Part shown: one piece after another, positions 19,576 to 25,106 of the stretch
How positions within the stretch are numbered: the stretch's first letter is position 1
How the letters are laid out: each line of letters starts with the position of its first letter
Assembly (NCBI GenBank): GCA_942492995.1
Contig: OW818653.1
Coordinates: 600,001-632,000 of the forward strand
DNA: 32,000 nucleotides
From: an uncultured Erysipelotrichaceae bacterium
Lineage (GTDB): Bacteria > Bacillota_I > Bacilli_A > Erysipelotrichales > Erysipelotrichaceae
Direction of reading: 5' to 3'
The notes under the pieces: model-generated
The model's database searches: none
The model's input: only the letters and a program-made list of their open reading frames with translations
What the model was told of the DNA's origin: nothing
Translations under genes and position numbers: made by a program

Positions 19576-19584
19576 ATTATAACA
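19576..19584 (-). promoter_or_regulatory. Extended -10 promoter element for the hypothetical-cmk-der-gpsA operon
   Basis: The minus strand reads TGTTATAAT (TGn + TATAAT), 17 nt upstream of the ATG at 19558. No good -35 was seen. Confidence 0.5.
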
Positions 19585-19613
19585 TAGGCAACCAATCACG
19601 CGTATTCAAACAT

Positions 19614-20168
19614 CTATTTCAATAAGAATTTACTTAATCTAGGATAAATTAGAAGTGTAACAATCGCTAATAATACACCTTTAAAGATATTAAATGGTGT
19701 AATAGCATTAACAAATGCCCATTTCTCAGGAGTACCAGTAATACCATATAGTGGTAATGTAATGTTGAAATTAATCCAAATCATTACTAAAACCATTAAA
19801 CCAGTACCAATCGCAAATAGCACAATATTTTGAACTAATTTGAATTTCTTATTATTCTTATTAAAGAAATAAAAGAGTGAGATTGGTAAGAAATATGCAA
19901 TACCTGCAAAGAAATTAGCAATTTCTCCTGAAGCAGCAGGTGTTTGAGACTTGAATACAAAGTGCAACACATTCTTAAACAGACCAACAATGATTCCTAC
20001 AAAAGGACCATATGCAATACTTAAAAGTATAGCTGGTACATCACTGAAATCGATCTGTAAAAATGGAGCACTCGGAAACAAGAAACCAACTGGAATTTCG
20101 ATTAGATACAATACGAAAGACAAAGCAGTCATGATACCAATTAAGGCAAGTAATCTTGTGTTTTTCAT
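19614..20168 (-). CDS. ribU: ECF transporter S component for riboflavin (RibU/YpaA-like)
   Basis: The real start is ATG 20168 (MKNTRLLALIGIMTALSF...), after AAGGAGG. 184 aa, about 6 TM. An FMN riboswitch lies directly upstream. Confidence 0.88.
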   Translation of the reverse strand: MKNTRLLALIGIMTALSFVLYLIEIPVGFLFPSAPFLQIDFSDVPAILLSIAYGPFVGIIVGLFKNVLHFVFKSQTPAASGEIANFFAGIAYFLPISLFYFFNKNNKKFKLVQNIVLFAIGTGLMVLVMIWINFNITLPLYGITGTPEKWAFVNAITPFNIFKGVLLAIVTLLIYPRLSKFLLK

Positions 20169-20185
20169 TTTTTTCCTCCTTATAT

Positions 20186-20330
20186 AGAAAAACCCGAGAC
20201 TCCGGGCTTTACGATAAAAAGAAAAATCTTCTTCCATCCAGACTTTACTGTCGCCACTGGAATCGAACCAGTTCTGCCTTACGGCTCGCGGGGTTTACCG
20301 CCGGTCGGGAATTTCACCCTGCCCTGAAGT
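20186..20330 (-). promoter_or_regulatory. FMN riboswitch (RFN element) with terminator expression platform
   Basis: The minus strand reads CTTCAGGGCAGGGTGAAATTCCCGACCGGCGGTAAACCCCGCGAGCC...GGTTCGATTCCAGTGGCGACAGTAAAGTCTGGATGGAAGAAG, a near-consensus RFN core. It is followed by hairpin CCCGG-AGTC-TCGGG (20193-20207) and TTTTT. Confidence 0.95.
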
Positions 20331-20338
20331 ACATTAGT

Positions 20339-20367
20339 ATAATAAATGATTGTTAAAATATTGTCAA
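20339..20367 (-). promoter_or_regulatory. Promoter of the FMN riboswitch-ribU unit
   Basis: On the minus strand: -35 TTGACA (20367-20362), 17-nt spacer, -10 TATTAT (20344-20339). It begins 4 nt after the efp stop. Confidence 0.7.
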
Positions 20368-20371
20368 GCAA

Positions 20372-20929
20372 TTATGCTCTACTGTGATATTTTCCATCTA
20401 TAGTATTAACAATAACCATTTCATCTTCTTCAATAAACATAGGAACTCGTATTTGAAGTCCAGTTTCAACTCTAGCATTCTTCAATGCATTTGTTGCTGT
20501 ATCACCTTTAACTGCAGGTTCTGTTTCAATAATTCTTAAAGTTACTTTGTCTGGTAAAATTAGTCCTAAAATCTCATTTTCATACGTAGAAATGTTAACA
20601 TTGTCATTTGGTTTTAAGAAATTCATTTCCCATGTTAAATTAGTTTTTTGGATTTCAATTTGTTCATAACTACTTGTATCCATAAATACTAATGCGTCAC
20701 CAGCATCATAAAGATATTGCATTTCCTTTTTATCAATATGTGCAGCTTCTACTTTATCTCCTCCAGTAAATGAAAGTTCTACAATAGTTCCAGATCTTAA
20801 ATTGCGAACCTTTGATTTTACAATCATTTGGCGCATTGCTGTTTTATTGTGCGTAGTTTCAATTACACTATAGATATTATTTTCATATTCAAACGTTATT
20901 CCTGGTCTTAAATCGTTTACGATAATCAT
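20372..20929 (-). CDS. efp: Translation elongation factor P (non-canonical tip loop)
   Basis: 185 aa. Gap-free alignment by eye to B. subtilis EF-P (MIxVNDxRxG..., SKxRNLRxG, MQYLY, FMDTSSYEQ, KGDTA, VETGLxIxVPxF). SD AAAGGAG. Confidence 0.95.
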   Translation of the reverse strand: MIIVNDLRPGITFEYENNIYSVIETTHNKTAMRQMIVKSKVRNLRSGTIVELSFTGGDKVEAAHIDKKEMQYLYDAGDALVFMDTSSYEQIEIQKTNLTWEMNFLKPNDNVNISTYENEILGLILPDKVTLRIIETEPAVKGDTATNALKNARVETGLQIRVPMFIEEDEMVIVNTIDGKYHSRA

Positions 20930-20961
20930 ATTTTATCTCCTTTAGCCATATTAATTTTAGT

Positions 20962-21345
20962 CTATGATTTTATTTTGTCAACTACAGGAAATAATCCTTC
21001 ATTTATTAACTCATAATTGTAGCAACTATCATATACTAAATCATAATCTAAACGAGCATAAACAGGTGTTTCAAAATCAAAATAGATATACGAAATTTCA
21101 TCAATAAAGTATATATATGCAATTCCTAATTCAGTATCAATTTCAAAATCCTCCATTTTGTATTTATGGAATTTATCTATTATTGCGATAATAACTTCTG
21201 ATTCCGCAAAAGAAAACTTAGTTAAATATTCAATATGATTATATTCATATGTTTTTTGTTGAAGAATTTTGATATTTATCGAATACAATTCGATGAATGA
21301 AATAAAGAAAATCAAGAATATGAATAATACATTAGCTTTCTTCAC
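20962..21345 (-). CDS. comGG: ComGG-like competence pseudopilus protein
   Basis: 127 aa. N-terminal hydrophobic segment MKKANVLFIFLIFFISFIELY with no prepilin cleavage motif. Last gene of the comG cluster; 14-nt overlap with comGF. Assignment rests on position and architecture only. Confidence 0.55.
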   Translation of the reverse strand: MKKANVLFIFLIFFISFIELYSINIKILQQKTYEYNHIEYLTKFSFAESEVIIAIIDKFHKYKMEDFEIDTELGIAYIYFIDEISYIYFDFETPVYARLDYDLVYDSCYNYELINEGLFPVVDKIKS

Positions 21346-21727
21346 AACGTATCAACCTATATTCATAGTTTCTATTAAGTGATTGAAAATTGATATATAA
21401 CCAGCCTTCATTAAATTCAAAATTCAATTCATCTATATTTATTAAGAAATATTGAGTTCCTGGTGTTGCAATAAGATTTGAATCATTTAATTCAAAACAC
21501 ATTTCATCATCTTTAAAATTCATACAAATGGAATCATTTTCAATAACATGATTTCTACCTAAACTTAAACTTCTTCTTAATTGAAGTATTCCAATATTAT
21601 TTTGTCTAACAGTAAAATTATTCGGATAATTTAGTATAAATTTATACGTATTTAGAAAAATTGGAGTTATTAGAAATAAGAATAACGCTGATATTAATAT
21701 CTCAACTAATGTAAATCCTTTATTTAT
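21332..21727 (-). CDS. comGF: ComGF-like minor pseudopilin with a non-canonical (ATA) start
   Basis: The frame of the 63-aa track ORF stays open upstream to 21754. It encodes (M/I)NKGFTLVEILISALFLFLITPIF..., a class III prepilin signal. There is no ATG/GTG/TTG between the in-frame stop (21755-21757) and 21523. ATA at 21727-21725 lies 7 nt after GGAGG (21739-21735) and overlaps the comGE TAA stop. Confidence 0.6.
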   Translation of the reverse strand: MNKGFTLVEILISALFLFLITPIFLNTYKFILNYPNNFTVRQNNIGILQLRRSLSLGRNHVIENDSICMNFKDDEMCFELNDSNLIATPGTQYFLINIDELNFEFNEGWLYINFQSLNRNYEYRLIRCEES

Positions 21728-21864
21728 TGTAATTCCTCCCCTTCTAAGTAATATTTATTTTCAATATGAGAATCTAAACGTATGAGATTAATAAGTAGAT
21801 TCATCATAATTGTTAATATAAATAGAATTAATAATGTCTCAATTAAAGTAAATGCTTTATTCAC
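21724..21864 (-). CDS. comGE: ComGE-like minor pseudopilin
   Basis: Prepilin motif NKA|FTLIETLLILFIL. The most economical start is GTG 21864 (8-nt overlap with comGD). The track's ATG 21912 would add an 18-aa leader and a 56-nt overlap. The start is uncertain. Confidence 0.6.
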   Translation of the reverse strand: MNKAFTLIETLLILFILTIMMNLLINLIRLDSHIENKYYLEGEELQ

Positions 21865-22174
21865 GAATTCGACCAGTATGTAACATAATTTTAAATGCTT
21901 CGTTTGATCCATATATTTCTACTGTATTAGCTTCATTAACATTTCCACTCATATTGAACCAAATGGTATCTTGGATTAAGTGATGATCAATATCGACTCT
22001 TTTATGATATTCAAATGCATGGAATTGTTCGTTAATTATATAAGAAATAATTTCATCTTTTTTTGAAATGTAAGGTTTCTTTAATACAAAAATAGAACTT
22101 ATGCTTGTCACGATAAATAATATTAAAACTGTTTCTAAAACTGAATATGCTTTAATTTGCATAAGCTTGACCAT
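21857..22174 (-). CDS. comGD: ComGD-like minor pseudopilin
   Basis: Prepilin-like motif QIKA|YSVLETVLILFIV. Candidate starts are ATG 22174 (MVKLMQIKA...) or ATG 22162 (MQIKA...). The track's 22237 start would overlap most of the comGC 3' end. Confidence 0.65.
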   Translation of the reverse strand: MVKLMQIKAYSVLETVLILFIVTSISSIFVLKKPYISKKDEIISYIINEQFHAFEYHKRVDIDHHLIQDTIWFNMSGNVNEANTVEIYGSNEAFKIMLHTGRIRE

Positions 22175-22445
22175 CTTCAATATCAATTGCTCGATTATCT
22201 TGACAAACTGTTTGAGATTCATTGATATATGATTCACTCACTAAATCATCAACTGTCATTGGTTGTGTTTGAAACTCAAGCTCATATTGTAGGATTGCCG
22301 CATCAATCAACTTTAACTGTGCATCACAACCTTTTGAATGGAGAATATTCAAAGATTTTTGAATATTAGGAATAGTTAACATAAAAATCAAACTAATAAC
22401 TGATAAAACAAAGATCATTTCTAATAATGTAAATGCTTTTTTCAT
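22152..22445 (-). CDS. comGC: Major competence pseudopilin ComGC
   Basis: 97 aa. MKKA|FTLLEMIFVLSVISLIF prepilin signal with Glu at +5. Two Cys (C40, C81), as in the disulfide-bonded ComGC of Bacillus. ATGA overlap with comGB. Confidence 0.85.
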   Translation of the reverse strand: MKKAFTLLEMIFVLSVISLIFMLTIPNIQKSLNILHSKGCDAQLKLIDAAILQYELEFQTQPMTVDDLVSESYINESQTVCQDNRAIDIEDGQAYAN

Positions 22446-23401
22446 AAGTTCATTCCTTCTAAAAGTTTAAGTGGATATAAAAGTATCGAGTAAACAATTA
22501 ATACCATTACACCTATTTGTAGATATACAAATGCGGTATATAGATTCGCATATTTTTTTATACTTATTTCTATCTGTTTTCTTAGTACTATTAAATAATT
22601 ATTAATCCGTTCTTCCATTTTCCGTTCATAATCTTCAATCGCAATAATCTTTAAAAATGTAGAATCTAAATATTCAAACGCATGTTTAATTGAAATTCCA
22701 CTTTTAAGATTATCGATAACTTTATCACTAATATTTAGATACATTGGAAACTCAATTTGCTTTAATATATTCATTTGTGTATCAATGTTTAGATTTAAAT
22801 TCATTAAACTTACAAGATCGATTAAATACAAATAACTTATTAAATAAACAAAGATATTCTTCTTATTATTTTTAAAAAACTTTAAATAAATGGATGTAAT
22901 TTTTCTATATTTAACAGTAGTTATTACAAACATTAGTATTAGTATCAATCCCCATTGAACCCCTATCAAGAATTGAATAACTAAAATCAGTATATTCAAT
23001 GAATTATTTACACTTGAGAAAGAATTAAATGTGTTAATTGTGGAAGGCATAATATATAACATTAAGAAAGTAATTAAATTTAAACTCATAAGCCATAAGA
23101 AAATCGGGTATATAAATGATTTATTAAATTGTTGGATGAGTAATCTCTTTGTGATCGTTCGATAAATTAACCAATATATACGATCTGCCTTATTAATTTT
23201 GTTTATGCAGTATTGATTGATTTTATATGCGTTTTTATCAATTCGATCTAGTATTAAATTTTCATTACTTGGTAAACTTAGGATCTCTAATATATGTTCC
23301 CAGTTTAAATGATTCTTGATTAATTCTAGAAACAACTCAAGTTCATAAATATCAAGCTTTTTATTAATTTTTATAAATCGTAAATTGAGCTTTTCTAACA
23401 T
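22442..23401 (-). CDS. comGB: Competence pseudopilus platform protein ComGB (GspF/PilC family)
   Basis: 319 aa polytopic membrane protein between the ATPase and pilin genes. SD GAGGT 6 nt before the ATG. 38-nt overlap with comGA. Confidence 0.8.
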   Translation of the reverse strand: MLEKLNLRFIKINKKLDIYELELFLELIKNHLNWEHILEILSLPSNENLILDRIDKNAYKINQYCINKINKADRIYWLIYRTITKRLLIQQFNKSFIYPIFLWLMSLNLITFLMLYIMPSTINTFNSFSSVNNSLNILILVIQFLIGVQWGLILILMFVITTVKYRKITSIYLKFFKNNKKNIFVYLISYLYLIDLVSLMNLNLNIDTQMNILKQIEFPMYLNISDKVIDNLKSGISIKHAFEYLDSTFLKIIAIEDYERKMEERINNYLIVLRKQIEISIKKYANLYTAFVYLQIGVMVLIVYSILLYPLKLLEGMNL

Positions 23402-24218
23402 TATTTACCTCATCTACAACTAATTCTTGATAAACAATTAATTTAACTAGTTGATTAAGCAAATTTATATCCACTCCCATATCTTTTAACCTTTCAATTG
23501 TCATCAGAGTACTGTTAGCGTGTATTGTGGAAATAACTAAATGTCCGCTTAGTGCACATCTAATCGCCGCATTAGCTTCAATTTCATCTCTAATCTCTCC
23601 AATTACAATAATATTTGGATCATGCCTTAGTACTTGTTTAATTGCGTCATTAAAACTGAATGAATGATTCGTATTAACCTCCAGTTGTACTAGATTTTCG
23701 TAATAGAATTCTATTGGATCTTCAATGGAATATATTTTGAAATTACTAAGTTCTTTTAAACATGTAAACATACTTGTTGTTTTACCACTTCCTGTACTTC
23801 CTGAAAATAATATTAAACCACTCTTATGTTCCAAATATGTTCGTATTATAGATGAATTTGTTTTACCAAATAATAGATCTATCGATAATGGGAATTTAGG
23901 ATTAAGTATTCTTAATACGATTGTTTCAATTAAATAGTTTTTAAAGTATGCACAACGTATAAAATAATCTTTGTGACTTATTTTAATCTTAATACGTCCT
24001 GATTGAGGCTTTAATCCAGTTAACAAATCTATGTTAGAAACATATTTAATGTATTCAAAAAATTCATTTGTTATTTTCACAGAATTATTATGAATTAATC
24101 CGTTAAGTGTACGAAATTCACATTTAAAATTATTCTCAGTAATTTGCATGTGAATATCACTCGCATTAAGATCAAGCGCATTTACGATTAATTTTTTAAA
24201 TTGTTTTTCATAATCCAT
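23364..24218 (-). CDS. comGA: Competence pseudopilus assembly ATPase ComGA (GspE/PilB family)
   Basis: 284 aa. Walker A GSTGSGKTT, Asp box and Walker B (IIVIGEIRD), His box (GHLVISTIHA). First gene of the cluster. No SD; TATAAA lies 5 nt upstream of the ATG. Confidence 0.9.
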   Translation of the reverse strand: MDYEKQFKKLIVNALDLNASDIHMQITENNFKCEFRTLNGLIHNNSVKITNEFFEYIKYVSNIDLLTGLKPQSGRIKIKISHKDYFIRCAYFKNYLIETIVLRILNPKFPLSIDLLFGKTNSSIIRTYLEHKSGLILFSGSTGSGKTTSMFTCLKELSNFKIYSIEDPIEFYYENLVQLEVNTNHSFSFNDAIKQVLRHDPNIIVIGEIRDEIEANAAIRCALSGHLVISTIHANSTLMTIERLKDMGVDINLLNQLVKLIVYQELVVDEVNNVRKAQFTIYKN

Positions 24219-24253
24219 ACTTATTTATATGAATATAATAATTACTTTCCTAT

Positions 24254-24280
24254 AAAAAAAGAAACAAATTAATTGTTTCT
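24254..24280 (-). terminator. Intrinsic terminator after the MBL hydrolase gene
   Basis: On the minus strand: AGAAACAA-TTAAT-TTGTTTCT hairpin (24260-24280) overlapping the TAG stop, followed by TTTTTTT (plus-strand A-run 24254-24260). Confidence 0.8.
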
Positions 24281-24872
24281 ATAAATATGGATTTCTTTTT
24301 AATTCATCAAATAATTGTGTAATTCCATCATGCCCTGGATATATGGTTAAATCTTCATTTAATGATCGAATGAAACGTAAACTTTGTTTCATATCTTGAG
24401 CACTAGCTCCATATAAATCTGTCCGTCCAATACTACCTTTAAATAAAGTATCACCTGTGAACAAATGCGTCCCAAATCTTAAACATACAGATCCCTTTGT
24501 ATGACCAGGCGTATGATATACTTCAAATTCAATCGATTGAACAATCATATGGTCTGTATAAGGTGTTAATTTAGATTTCAATTTAATCTTTTTTGTTTGA
24601 GAATAATTTTTATCTGGATCCTGAGTCATCTCAATATCATCGTTATGAATAAATACTGGACAATGATAAATATCGACTAAATCATCAACAGCACCTATAT
24701 GATCAAAATGTCCGTGGGTTAAACATATACCAACGAGAACTTCATTCTCTTTAATTAAACTTTGAATTCGATCTGCTTTAGATACAGGATCAATAATAAT
24801 AGCTTTATTATCATGAACAATACAATACGTATTCGTTTGGTACATACCAAGCGTTAATGTTCTTATTTCCAT
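24279..24872 (-). CDS. MBL-fold metallo-hydrolase (YqgX / glyoxalase II-like)
   Basis: 197 aa. THGHFDHIG metal motif, HTPGHTKGS, GDTLF, and a C-terminal HxxD-like PGHDG. Confidence 0.88.
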   Translation of the reverse strand: MEIRTLTLGMYQTNTYCIVHDNKAIIIDPVSKADRIQSLIKENEVLVGICLTHGHFDHIGAVDDLVDIYHCPVFIHNDDIEMTQDPDKNYSQTKKIKLKSKLTPYTDHMIVQSIEFEVYHTPGHTKGSVCLRFGTHLFTGDTLFKGSIGRTDLYGASAQDMKQSLRFIRSLNEDLTIYPGHDGITQLFDELKRNPYL

Positions 24873-24877
24873 AACCT

Positions 24878-24901
24878 AACAAAAAAGCCCTTTCGGCCTT
24901 T
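24878..24901 (-). terminator. Weak intrinsic terminator after rpmG
   Basis: The minus strand reads AAAAAGGCC-GAAAG-GGCTTTTTT directly after the TAA stop. The GC stem is short but is extended by A-T pairs. The T-run is on the minus strand. Confidence 0.55.
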
Positions 24902-25051
24902 TTATTTTTTCTCCTTGTGAACGGTTTGCTTATTGCAACGAGGGCAATATTTATTGACCTGCATACGTTCTGGATGTTTCTTTTTGTTACGAGTGTTAAT
25001 ATAATTTTCTTCTTTACACTCTGTACAAACTAAAGTTAAATTTTCTCTCAT
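24902..25051 (-). CDS. rpmG: 50S ribosomal protein L33 (zinc-ribbon C4 form)
   Basis: Not in the ORF track (49 aa). Manual translation gives MRENLTLVCTECKEENYINTRNKKKHPERMQVNKYCPRCNKQTVHKEKK, with CxxC...CxxC. SD GAGG upstream. It lies next to pbpA, as rpmGA does in B. subtilis. Confidence 0.9.
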   Translation of the reverse strand: MRENLTLVCTECKEENYINTRNKKKHPERMQVNKYCPRCNKQTVHKEKK

Positions 25052-25068
25052 TCCATTTTCCTCGCTAC

Positions 25069-25084
25069 GCTATATTAATATAGC
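25069..25084. repeat. Perfect 16-bp palindrome GCTATATTAATATAGC overlapping the rpmG -10 box
   Basis: Read directly: bases 25069-25084 equal their own reverse complement. Confidence 0.9.
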
Positions 25085-25106
25085 ACAAATATATTAAATT
25101 TGTCAT
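25077..25106 (-). promoter_or_regulatory. rpmG promoter
   Basis: On the minus strand: -35 ATGACA (25106-25101, overlapping the pbpA stop), 18-nt spacer, extended -10 TGCTATATT (25085-25077). Confidence 0.6.

Noticed and set aside
21724-21760. Programmed frameshift fusing comGE to comGF as an alternative to an ATA start
   Set aside because: A fusion would bury the prepilin cleavage motif about 45 residues inside a protein, which is incompatible with prepilin peptidase processing. No slippery heptamer is evident. A GGAGG at the ideal distance favours independent initiation.
24219-24253. AGGAAA at 24243-24248 as a SigH-type -35 for comGA
   Set aside because: No matching GAAT-type -10 lies at the expected spacing. 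The match is too short to support.
25069-25084. Palindrome as a Zur box controlling an alternative L33
   Set aside because: The sequence does not match the Firmicute Zur consensus as I recall it. The encoded L33 keeps all four zinc-ligand cysteines, and Zur normally controls the C-minus paralogue. It is kept only as an unassigned operator candidate.
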